Shown one piece after another: positions 27,388 to 35,671 of a stretch of 43,685 nt of DNA (position 1 is the stretch's first letter; each line of letters starts with the position of its first letter). This DNA comes from Thermoproteota archaeon (GTDB taxonomy: Archaea; Korarchaeota; Korarchaeia; Korarchaeales; Korarchaeaceae). The translations under genes were made by a program, and so were the position numbers. The notes below the pieces were generated by a model. The model was given only the letters and a program-made list of their open reading frames with translations, did no database searches and was not told where the DNA came from. The stretch lies in NCBI GenBank assembly GCA_027491415.1, contig JAOZFH010000036.1, positions 1 to 43,685 on the forward strand, read 5' to 3'.

Positions 27388-27651
27388 ATCCCGAGCAGGT
27401 CCTTGCTGCCGCATCTGGCTCGCCACCAGCCGCCTACCCACATAACACCTCTGACCGGGTTGATGTTGGTTGATTCCCCGGGTCGGTGGTCGTGGGTTCT
27501 TAACCGAGGATTAGGGGGCTAGGGTCCAAAGAGCCCGAGTATCCGAGAGAATTTTCACTTTTTAAAAAAGTACTTTTATTTTTAATGGCATTTGAGTCAT
27601 TAACTTTACTTCCAATCTAATAATCTAACCCTCCAGGCTTGGCATTGATCG

Positions 27652-27880
27652 GCAACCCCACTCAGCGTAGCGCTCACATGTGACCTGCAGCCCTATGCCG
27701 ATGGTCAGCTCCTTCTAGTCTTGGAGATGCGATTCGACGGGGGAAGGCTTGTTGTGAGATGGGCGTGGAACGGGTACGCCGACGCTGCTCAGCCAGCGGA
27801 CCTGGAGACCGCCTTCGTCCTTGCGAGCCAGGCCACCAAGCATCCCCTGAGACACGACGTGCTCCTGAGGTAGGCCCCAA
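27652..27880 (+). repeat. Degenerate direct repeat copy B (gene 3' fragment)
   Basis: Open frame ...LEMRFDGGRLVVRWAWNGYADAAQPADLETAFVLASQATKHPLRHDVLLR*, followed by a TCTCTCTTTTTCCCC tract. Confidence 0.7.
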
Positions 27881-27990
27881 TCTCTCTTTTTCCCCGTCGG
27901 TCAAGCCGAGCGTCGAACCGAAGTTGTTGCCTCACGACTCGTCTCAGGCCCCTACCTCTCTGCAGGAGTTTCCTCTGGGCGCTACAGGTC

Positions 27991-28344
27991 TCATTGGCCC
28001 TGTAGCTTCGTCCGGATCCTCTGCAGGGCCTCCTCGACCGAGACACCAGCGAGCTCTACGGTCTCTATCCCCAGCTCCTCCAGCGCCGTCATGGCGTTCG
28101 GTCCGAAGGCGCCAGCGACCGCTACCCTGACGCCCTCCTCCAGCAGCCTCTGGACCGCCTTGATCCCCGCGCCGCTCCTGGCCGAGGCGCCGGGGTTCTC
28201 CACCACCCTCACTCCCCCGATTTCCCCGTCTTCCAGCTCGACTATGGCCAGGTATGGCGCCCTCCCAAACCTGGAACTTACCCTTGAGTCCAGACCAGAG
28301 TCGTCCTCCACAGCCAGACCCACCTTCACCGTTCCCACGAGCAT
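27991..28344 (-). CDS. NifB/NifX-family (dinitrogenase FeMo-cofactor-binding domain, COG1433-like) protein
   Basis: VSSRFGRAPY, VENP, GAGI, GAFGPNA. Confidence 0.9.
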   Translation of the reverse strand: MLVGTVKVGLAVEDDSGLDSRVSSRFGRAPYLAIVELEDGEIGGVRVVENPGASARSGAGIKAVQRLLEEGVRVAVAGAFGPNAMTALEELGIETVELAGVSVEEALQRIRTKLQGQ

Positions 28345-28353
28345 CCCCCCTCT

Positions 28354-29334
28354 TCAATCCCCCGGAAGCCCCTCCGGCCTTATTATGATGGGCCGGTACG
28401 GCTCGGGCTCTCTCGGCCTGAACCTCGTGAACCACGACTGCCAGTCGTCGACTATTGCCATGACCCTCTCCGCGACTTCCATCAGGGCCTTCGACGCGGG
28501 GCTGTCCGGAAAGGCCTCGACCACCGGCTTCATCATGGCCATGCTCTTGGGAATGGCATCGTCATAGGGGATCCGGCCCAGCAGGTCAATGTTCTTCCTC
28601 CGGGCGAACGCCTCCATCTCCTCCGTCACCCCTGGGTTGACGTCGTGCTTGTTGATGACCAGCCCGGCGGGCTGCATGAAGTGCCTCGTGAGCCTGAAGA
28701 CTCTCTTCAGCGCTGCGAAGCTCGCCGGGGTTGGCTCGGCCACCAGTATGGCAGCGTTGGCCCCGGCCAGGCTCGAGACCACCTGGCACCCTATCCCCGC
28801 CGCGGAGTCCACCACCACCAGGGAGTCCTGCGAGGCAAGCTCCTTGGCCATTGACTTCTCTTCGGTCACCAGCTTGCCGGAGTTCGGCCTCCCCGGGTTA
28901 AGCCTCGCGGAGACGAGCGGGAAGCCGTAGCTAGTGGTCGTCTTCCTGAGCCTCCCCGACTCGGCGGAGAGCAGCCTTATGGCCCCCCTCTCCGGGCACA
29001 CGAGGGAGCACGTCAGGCACCCCTCGCAGACGACCTGGTTCACCGCAAACCTCCCCCCCTCGTCAACGTGGATGGCCTCGTAGGGGCAGACCTCCCGGCA
29101 CCTGCCGCACCTCGTGCAGAGCGACTGGACTATCTCGGCGACCTTGCTCTCGACGTAGGGCTTTTCCCACTCCCACTCCCTGACCCCGAATATCAGGTGC
29201 AGGTTTGGCGCGTCCGCGTCGGCGTCGACGGCGATCACGCTCTTTCCGGATCTCGCCGCGGCCAGGACTATCGTGGCGGAGACGGTGGACTTCCCGACCC
29301 CGCCCTTCCCGCTGGCTATCGCCATCTCGATCAC
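28354..29334 (-). CDS. MinD-superfamily P-loop ATPase with inserted 2x[4Fe-4S] ferredoxin domain (COG1149)
   Basis: Likely GTG start 29334; SGKGGVGKS, DADADAPNLHL, CTRCGRC..VCP, CEGCLTC..VCP, SGKLV, DSAAGIGC, EPT. Confidence 0.9.
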   Translation of the reverse strand: MIEMAIASGKGGVGKSTVSATIVLAAARSGKSVIAVDADADAPNLHLIFGVREWEWEKPYVESKVAEIVQSLCTRCGRCREVCPYEAIHVDEGGRFAVNQVVCEGCLTCSLVCPERGAIRLLSAESGRLRKTTTSYGFPLVSARLNPGRPNSGKLVTEEKSMAKELASQDSLVVVDSAAGIGCQVVSSLAGANAAILVAEPTPASFAALKRVFRLTRHFMQPAGLVINKHDVNPGVTEEMEAFARRKNIDLLGRIPYDDAIPKSMAMMKPVVEAFPDSPASKALMEVAERVMAIVDDWQSWFTRFRPREPEPYRPIIIRPEGLPGD

Positions 29335-30203
29335 GAAACCACCCCCCTCACCATCTCTGCCAGCCGCCTGAACTCCTCCGCCTCCGGAGAGTCGGGTCTG
29401 TGGAGCACGATCGGGACGCCCCGGATGTATGACTCCACCACCCTCCTGGAGTAGGGTATCCGGGCGACTATCTCGGCCCCCCTCTCCCTCACCAGCCTGA
29501 CGTGGTCGTCTTCCGGTCCTATTCCGGCCCTGTTTATGACGACCCATGCTTCTATCCCCAGGGTCTGGGCCATCTCCAGAATCAGGTCGAGGTCGTGCAG
29601 GCCCAGGGGGGTGGGCTCCGTGACGGCTATGAGGAGCCTGGATCCGTCCACAGCCGCAGCGACGGAGTTGCTTGTCCCCGCGGAGGTGTCCACCAGGTGC
29701 AGGTCCGCCTCGACGGAGAGCGCCCTGCGCCTGGCGGCCAGGACGACGGGCGGAGTGTGCTCCTCTCCCTCCCTCAGGGATCCGGTGACCAGCGTGATCT
29801 TGGACTCGCCGAGCTCGAGTTCCGACAGGTAGGTGTACCCGATCGTCCTCTTCCCCTCCACGATGGCGTCCACCGGACACGCGAAGTAGCAGGACCTGCA
29901 CCCGCTGCAGAGCCTGGGTATCACGTAGGGGAGGCCATCAGGCGAGATCAGCATGGCTCCGGTGTCGCACACCCTCCCGCAGGCCCCGCACTTGATGCAC
30001 TTCTGGTAGTTCACGAAGGGCAGCATGATGTTGACGGGCCGCTCGCCCGCGAGTTCGGCCCCCAAGAGGATGTGGTCGTTGGGGTTCTCCACGTCTAGAT
30101 CAGCCAGCACAAGCCTGAGGTCCCGCGAGAGGAGCGCGGCCAGGTTAACGGCCACCGTCGACTTTCCCGTACCCCCCTTCCCGCCCGACACCGAGACCAT
30201 CAA
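29331..30203 (-). CDS. MinD-superfamily P-loop ATPase with inserted ferredoxin domain (COG1149), second paralog
   Basis: GGKGGTGKS, DLDVENPNDH, CIKCGAC..VC, CSGCRSC..ACP, TEPTPLGLHDL. Confidence 0.9.
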   Translation of the reverse strand: MMVSVSGGKGGTGKSTVAVNLAALLSRDLRLVLADLDVENPNDHILLGAELAGERPVNIMLPFVNYQKCIKCGACGRVCDTGAMLISPDGLPYVIPRLCSGCRSCYFACPVDAIVEGKRTIGYTYLSELELGESKITLVTGSLREGEEHTPPVVLAARRRALSVEADLHLVDTSAGTSNSVAAAVDGSRLLIAVTEPTPLGLHDLDLILEMAQTLGIEAWVVINRAGIGPEDDHVRLVRERGAEIVARIPYSRRVVESYIRGVPIVLHRPDSPEAEEFRRLAEMVRGVVS

Positions 30204-30205
30204 CT

Positions 30206-30622
30206 CTACCGCCCCCTGCCAGTCAGCTCGACGTATCTCTCGTCTCGGGTTACCATCCGGTTCAGCTCCCGGTCGCTCAGGTCGTAGACTTCTCGGATAA
30301 CCTCATCAAGGACCTCGCGCTCTTGGGGCGTGAGACTAGGCTTGGCGCACGTGTACTCTAGGCACCTCTCCTCCTCTCTGCGCCTCAAACACCCAGATCG
30401 CTCCAGGCGCTCCAGGACTCCTTGCAGGCCCTCGACGTAAAACCCGTAGGGCTCCGCCACGTAGCTCAGCCCCTCCGTGAGCCTCCCCAGTCTGACCTCC
30501 TCGGCCCTCCAATCTGCCAGCAGGAGGATTCGGGATACCCTGAAGGGGTGGGTGCAGCCGAGCCTCGCAAGGATGTAGGCGACCAACCTCGAATCTCTGT
30601 CCGGCTCCCCCAACAGGATCAC
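30206..30622 (-). CDS. Hypothetical protein resembling the Panacea/DUF4065 (SocA-like) domain
   Basis: Likely GTG start 30622; RVSRILLLADW, YVAEPYGFYV, LTPQEREVLDEVI...LSDREL pattern. Confidence 0.6.
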   Translation of the reverse strand: MILLGEPDRDSRLVAYILARLGCTHPFRVSRILLLADWRAEEVRLGRLTEGLSYVAEPYGFYVEGLQGVLERLERSGCLRRREEERCLEYTCAKPSLTPQEREVLDEVIREVYDLSDRELNRMVTRDERYVELTGRGR

Positions 30623-31014
30623 CCCCCCTTGGCCTTGGCCCTCTTGATCCACTCCCCAACCACATCGTATCCGTAGATCTCCCTCAGCCTATCCCTGCCC
30701 TGGGGGGTCACCCTCTCCGGGGTCCAGGGCGGGTCCCACACGAGGTTCACCTTCACCCTCCTGCCGGGACCCACGGCCTCCCTGATGGCGGCCTCGGCCA
30801 TGGCGATTACCATCCCCGCCACCGGGCAGCCGGGGGCCGTCATCGTCATGTCGACCTCCACGTTCCCCTCCTCATCCACGTCGATCCTGTACACGAGCCC
30901 CAGGTCGTAGACATTCACCGGGATCTCCGGGTCGAAGGTGCCCTTCAGGGCCTCGATCACCCTCCGCCTTATCTCTCGACTCTGTTTCTCCCCTCTATCC
31001 GTCAACCCGCCCAT
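30619..31014 (-). CDS. DUF59/SufT-like metal-sulfur cluster assembly factor
   Basis: DPEIPVNVYDLGLVY, TMTAPGCP, VWDPPWT. Confidence 0.92.
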   Translation of the reverse strand: MGGLTDRGEKQSREIRRRVIEALKGTFDPEIPVNVYDLGLVYRIDVDEEGNVEVDMTMTAPGCPVAGMVIAMAEAAIREAVGPGRRVKVNLVWDPPWTPERVTPQGRDRLREIYGYDVVGEWIKRAKAKGG

Positions 31015-31052
31015 CCCCCTAGATTTAGGCTCACCTAACTCCGATGAATGAC

Positions 31053-31184
31053 ACCGTTATATCCTTTTCTCCAGCCCGCAGGCGCGGCTGGACCGGCCTG
31101 TTTGCCGCGCGCACGCTGAATCCACCCCTAGACTGCCAACCCAAGGTCTCTGAGCACCTGATGGTCACCGCCAAACCGTTATAT
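31053..31184. promoter_or_regulatory. Divergent promoter region with two ACCGTTATAT copies
   Basis: ACCGTTATAT at 31053-31062 and 31175-31184; the second has TTATAT 24 nt before GTG 31208. Confidence 0.55.
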
Positions 31185-31207
31185 GCGATATTCCCGATGG
31201 GGATAGT

Positions 31208-32284
31208 GTGGAGGAGATCCTGAACGAGCTGAGGCCTCGCGTCGCCCTGGTCCTGGAGTATCGCGGCGAGGTGGTTTTGGACGACAGGCTGGCCAAGATA
31301 CTGGAGGAGGTTGAGAGGAGGGGGTCCCTGCTCTCCGCCTGCAAGTCCGTCGGCGCCTCGTACTCTCGAATCTGGGAGAGGATATCGGACCTGGAAAGCC
31401 TGCTTGGCAAGAGGATGCTGGAGGTGAGGAGGGGCGGCCCGGGAGGCGGCGGGGCGAGGCTCACCAGGTTCGGAAAGGCGCTTCTCAGGATCTACGTCGA
31501 GGAGAGGGCCAAGGTGAGGGGAGGCTCAAGGGTTGGCCCCCTGGGCAGGAGCTTGATGACCCCGCCAGACTTCCTCCTGCTGGGGAGCCACGACCCGGCC
31601 CTCGACGTCATACTCTCCGAGGTGAGGGAGTCGGCGCCGGACATCGAGCTCAGGAGGGAGTGGCTTGGATCGGCGGGCGGACTCGCCGCGCTGATGCTCG
31701 AGTACGCGGACGCCGCGGGGACGCACCTCTTGGACCCCGAGACGGGCCGCTACAACGTCCCCTACATTCCCAGATACTGGCTCGAGGACCGCGTCGTGAT
31801 GATCAGGGGGTACCAGAGGGAGATCGGCCTGGTCTTCAGGAGGGGGGAGGAGTACGGCCTCAGGGACATCTTGGCGGGGAGGGCCAAGCTCGTGAACAGA
31901 AACCCCGGGTCTGGGAGCAGGATCCTGCTGGACTACCTGCTCAAGAGGGCGGCGCTCGACGAGGGCGCGGATCCTGCGGAGATCCCCAAGAGGGTTAAAG
32001 GGTATCAGCTGGAGGTCAGGACGCACGTCGGCGTTGCCAGGAAGGTCTCGTCCGGGGATGCCGACGTCGGAGTGGCCATTCGATACGTCGCAGAGCGGTT
32101 CGGGCTTGGATTCAGGAGGCTGGCGTGGGAGTGGTACGACCTCGCCATAAGGAGGGACTCGCTGCGCAAGCCAGCCGCCCAAGAGATCCTCAAGCTGTTC
32201 AGGTCCGGGGAGGTTGGCGAGATCATATCTGCCATGCCGGGCTACAGGCTGACCCCGGACTCTGGCCGTCAGATCTACCCCTGA
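31208..32284 (+). CDS. ModE-type HTH regulator fused to a PBP (molybdate/tungstate-binding-like) domain
   Basis: GSLLSACKSVGASYSRIW, RRGGPGGGGARLT; GSHD, GSAGGL, AGTHLLD, NRNPGSGSR. Confidence 0.88.
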   Translation: MEEILNELRPRVALVLEYRGEVVLDDRLAKILEEVERRGSLLSACKSVGASYSRIWERISDLESLLGKRMLEVRRGGPGGGGARLTRFGKALLRIYVEERAKVRGGSRVGPLGRSLMTPPDFLLLGSHDPALDVILSEVRESAPDIELRREWLGSAGGLAALMLEYADAAGTHLLDPETGRYNVPYIPRYWLEDRVVMIRGYQREIGLVFRRGEEYGLRDILAGRAKLVNRNPGSGSRILLDYLLKRAALDEGADPAEIPKRVKGYQLEVRTHVGVARKVSSGDADVGVAIRYVAERFGLGFRRLAWEWYDLAIRRDSLRKPAAQEILKLFRSGEVGEIISAMPGYRLTPDSGRQIYP

Positions 32285-32373
32285 GTAATTCAAGCGAATT
32301 AGAGGTATATCACACGTAATGTTGACAGTTTAAATAGAGGGCTTACATTAGGTGTAGTAGAGGTTAGGTCAGC

Positions 32374-32877
32374 TTGAGCGTGGTCTGGGGAGGGTCCCTG
32401 TCGGCCCTTTTTCTGGGTGGGGCGGCCGCAGCAGGGGCGGTCGGGTCCACGGGATCCAGGGTAGTCGTGGAGCCGGAGATCCTCCGACTCTTCAGCGACC
32501 TCGGCTACCCCTGGCTCGTGGGGAGGACCTACGACGAGATCCTGATGGACCGCGAGCTCTGCGCGGCCGCGGCGGATGAGGTTCCCTGGGGACTTTACAT
32601 AACTGGGGAGCTCCTCCGGACGGCGCCTTCTCCGGGGGCGGCCGTCGAGCTTGCCGAAGAGCTGTTGGGCCTGGGCCTCTCCGTCGGGGAGGCTGCGACG
32701 ATAGCCGCGGCCGTAGCGACGGCCCACGACATGGTCTTACTGGTGAACGACCGCGCTAGGGCGGTGGCCAGGGAGTTCGGGCTCACCCCAGCCTCTCCCC
32801 TGCAGGTGATAGTCGACGCCTTCAGGAAGGAACTGATCACCCCAGAGGAGTTCGTCAGGCTGGCCAGCGAGCTATAG
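32374..32877 (+). CDS. Divergent PIN-fold (DUF3368-like) protein
   Basis: LSVGEAATIAAA...LLVNDRARAVAREFGL...VIVDAFRKELIT; N-terminal catalytic Asp absent. Confidence 0.55.
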   Translation: MSVVWGGSLSALFLGGAAAAGAVGSTGSRVVVEPEILRLFSDLGYPWLVGRTYDEILMDRELCAAAADEVPWGLYITGELLRTAPSPGAAVELAEELLGLGLSVGEAATIAAAVATAHDMVLLVNDRARAVAREFGLTPASPLQVIVDAFRKELITPEEFVRLASEL

Positions 32878-32896
32878 AGATGGGAGAAGGATTGAG

Positions 32897-33208
32897 ATGG
32901 AGGAGTCCATGAGTTTGGAGTACGGTGTGGCTCCCCGGGAGGTCGGACCGAGGTCCCCCGAGGAGCTGAAGTCGGCCCTCGAGAGGGCTTGGGAGGAGGT
33001 AGAGAGGGTCAGGAGGGCCCGGATGCGGAGGTACGCCATAGCGGCGGGCTTCACCTCTGCAGGGATCTTTCTGCTCTTCCTATCCCTCATGATGCTCTTG
33101 GAGAGGCTGGCGATCTGGCCGCTGGGCGTAGCGTCCACGTACGTGGCCCTGACGTCCTTAGGGGCGCTCTCCTTCGGGTACGGGTTCTACCGGATGGGGG
33201 CTCACTGA
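32897..33208 (+). CDS. Small hypothetical membrane protein (2 TM)
   Basis: Charged N-terminus then two hydrophobic helices; tightly packed with the GT2 gene. Confidence 0.65.
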   Translation: MEESMSLEYGVAPREVGPRSPEELKSALERAWEEVERVRRARMRRYAIAAGFTSAGIFLLFLSLMMLLERLAIWPLGVASTYVALTSLGALSFGYGFYRMGAH

Positions 33209-33209
33209 A

Positions 33210-34292
33210 ATGGGGAGGGGGGATGACCCCCTTCGCCTCTCCGTCACCGTGGTGATCCCGGCGTACAACGAGGAGGAGGGGGTTAGGGCCTGCTTGGAGA
33301 GCGTTCTACGGCAGACGGTGGCTCCCGATCAGGTTATCGTAGTGGACGACGGCTCGACGGACGGGACCCCCCGGATACTCGAGGAGTTCCGCGGCCGGGT
33401 CGATGTGGTGACCCTGGTCGAGAACTCAGGCAACAAGGCGCTGGCCCTCAGGGCGGCCCTCCCCCACATCAAAGGGGACGTGGTGGTCTACACCGACGCG
33501 GACTCCGAGCTCGACCCCCGTGCCGTTGAGCTCCTGCTCGCGCACTTTCTCGACCCCCGGGTGGGGGCTGTCTCGGGAATTGTCGTCTCCCGCAGGCACA
33601 ACCTCCTGACCTCGGTCAGGGAGCTCCAGTACATAATGGGGCAGGAGGTATACAAGAGGGGGATGGGGGTCCTCGGGACGATCATGGTCATCCCCGGCTG
33701 CGTCGGGGCCGTGAGGAGGGATCTGTTCCACCCCAGCCCAGACACGATCACCGAGGACATGGACCAGACCCTCACGGTCGTGAAGGCCGGCCGCAGGGTC
33801 GTCTACGAGCCGAGGGCGGTGGCGGTGACCAGCGACCCGCCCAACCTACGGTCCTACGTCAGGCAGAGCTGGAGGTGGTTCTCGGGGTACTTCCAGAACG
33901 TGAGAAAGCACTTCTCCTCTCTGCCGAGGAGAATGAAGTTCCAGATGGCCTATCTCTCGATCGAGAACATGATGGGCACCGTCACGCCCTTCCTCGCGGT
34001 GTACCTCGCGGGCGCCCCCAGGAGGGAATCCCTCGCGCTGGCGTTCGTGTTGGGAGAAGTCGTCTCGTGGCTTGCGGTGGCCCTCTACGGGGCCCTCCGT
34101 CTCGGGAGGATCGACTTGATCCCCGCGGCCCTGTTCTCCCCGGTAGTCAGGGTCATCGACGGGTTCCTGTGGACGGGGACAGCTGTGAGCGAGCTCCTCC
34201 TGAGCAGGGGGGACGTCACCTGGAGGAGGGCAGACAGATTCCGCTTTGCCGCAAAGAAGGAGGAACTCCGAGGTCCGAGCCCAGTACTGTGA
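33210..34292 (+). CDS. Processive GT2 glycosyltransferase (cellulose synthase/PgaC-like)
   Basis: PAYNEE, DDGSTD, DAD, TED, QSWRW motifs and C-terminal TM helices. Confidence 0.9.
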   Translation: MGRGDDPLRLSVTVVIPAYNEEEGVRACLESVLRQTVAPDQVIVVDDGSTDGTPRILEEFRGRVDVVTLVENSGNKALALRAALPHIKGDVVVYTDADSELDPRAVELLLAHFLDPRVGAVSGIVVSRRHNLLTSVRELQYIMGQEVYKRGMGVLGTIMVIPGCVGAVRRDLFHPSPDTITEDMDQTLTVVKAGRRVVYEPRAVAVTSDPPNLRSYVRQSWRWFSGYFQNVRKHFSSLPRRMKFQMAYLSIENMMGTVTPFLAVYLAGAPRRESLALAFVLGEVVSWLAVALYGALRLGRIDLIPAALFSPVVRVIDGFLWTGTAVSELLLSRGDVTWRRADRFRFAAKKEELRGPSPVL

Positions 34293-34325
34293 GAGAGCGT
34301 GAAAAAAGGCGCGGCGGAGGAGGGA

Positions 34326-34973
34326 TCAGACGATCGGCCTGGCAATGCCCCGCCGGATCTCGATGAGCCCCCTCTCAGAGAGTCTCTTGAGGGCGGCCAC
34401 GATCCAGTACCTGTCGACGTTGAGCGAGTCGGAGAGTTCTCCGACGCCAGCCTCTCCGCGCTCCCGAAGGATGTCCATGACGGACCCCTCCAGGATGCCC
34501 ATCAGATCATCCGACGTGGGTCTGACGTATCCCAGGACTATGGAGGCAAGCTTGACGTCGATCCCCAGGGTCTCCGCGATGTCCAGCGCTGAGGGGGAGG
34601 CCGGCAGCCCGGGTCCCTCCATCTTCCTCCTGACGTACTCTAGGGCGAGGCTCGCCACCCTGTCCTCGGATCCGACCTCAGCGTACAGGGGCAGGTCGAC
34701 CTCTATCACGACCCTCGGGCTGGAGAGGGCGTAGAGCTTGGCTGGCCTGCCGCGCCCGACCCGGGCGTAGCCCGCCGTCCTCACCAGGCCGGCGGCCTCC
34801 AGGTCGCGCAGGTGCTCCGTAACCACGCTGAGCGCCATGTCGAGTTCCCTCGCCATTGAGGCTGGTGAGGCGGGACCCCTCGCCAGCACCCTGAGCAGTC
34901 TGAGCTTGGCGTAGCTCGAGAGCGCCTGCATGACCCTCCGGGCTGCCAGGGGCCTGTTCGACGGTATCCTCAA
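34326..34973 (-). CDS. ArsR-family transcriptional regulator with additional C-terminal HTH domains
   Basis: ALSSYAKLRLL, EHLRDLEAAGLV, GRPAKLY; C-terminal ELSDSLN...LSERGLI wHTH. Confidence 0.82.
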   Translation of the reverse strand: MRIPSNRPLAARRVMQALSSYAKLRLLRVLARGPASPASMARELDMALSVVTEHLRDLEAAGLVRTAGYARVGRGRPAKLYALSSPRVVIEVDLPLYAEVGSEDRVASLALEYVRRKMEGPGLPASPSALDIAETLGIDVKLASIVLGYVRPTSDDLMGILEGSVMDILRERGEAGVGELSDSLNVDRYWIVAALKRLSERGLIEIRRGIARPIV

Positions 34974-35671
34974 GGCCCGGACACCCTGACCTCCGCGTCT
35001 CCCATCCCCAGGTCCACCTCAAGGGTGAAGCCGCTCCCTGAGCCCAGGGTGGCCCTAACCTCCCTGGGGCCCTCAGAGGTGGAGTCGAACCCGTAGGCCT
35101 TAGCGGACCCCGTCCCAACGCTCAGCGTCGCGACTCCGCTCGGGGACTGAGGGGACAGGTCGAGCCGGACATCTCCCGTTCCCAGGTCGACCTCCGCTGA
35201 ACCACCGGGGGAGATGGGCAGCGTGCCGCGAACCTCACCGGTGCCGACCTCGATCGTCAGGTTGTCGAAGGCGAAGCCAGGCGGGAGGTAGACCCTCACC
35301 TCCCCGAAGCAGAGGGAGATGACGTTCTCGCTGGGGGCCCACTCCCTCACCCCCTCCATCTCAACGACCACAGCCCCCTCGCTGGAGTCCGACGGGTTGA
35401 GCTCGACGCTGCCGACGCCGACCCTAATGAGCATCGCTCGAGCCTCTTGGGGATCAAGCTCGATCCTCCACTGCCCGCCGGCGCTGGACGCCCCCCCGCA
35501 CACCCTAGCAGGTCCGAGAACGTCCTTCACGATCTGGCTCAGGAGGACTCCCAGCTCTTCGACCTCCTGCTGGGTGGGCTTAGGGGCGAGGGCGGGCGCA
35601 GCCAGGCTGGCCCCGACGCTGAAGATCACCAGACCGACGATCAGTAAACCCACCGCCTCCTCGACCCTCAC
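34970..35671 (-). CDS. Membrane-anchored protein with beta-strand repeats (DUF4097/LiaF-like)
   Basis: N-terminal TM; repeated VGVGSV, VGTGEV, LGTGDV, VGTGSA, LGMGDA. Confidence 0.65.
   Translation of the reverse strand: MRVEEAVGLLIVGLVIFSVGASLAAPALAPKPTQQEVEELGVLLSQIVKDVLGPARVCGGASSAGGQWRIELDPQEARAMLIRVGVGSVELNPSDSSEGAVVVEMEGVREWAPSENVISLCFGEVRVYLPPGFAFDNLTIEVGTGEVRGTLPISPGGSAEVDLGTGDVRLDLSPQSPSGVATLSVGTGSAKAYGFDSTSEGPREVRATLGSGSGFTLEVDLGMGDAEVRVSGP

Noticed and set aside
27991-28344. Evidence for nitrogen fixation
   Set aside because: The NifX-like domain is widespread outside diazotrophs, and there is no nifHDK in the window.
29335-29901. N-terminal extension of the 515-aa ORF
   Set aside because: An off-frame overlap with the upstream COG1149 gene; the real start is GTG 29334.
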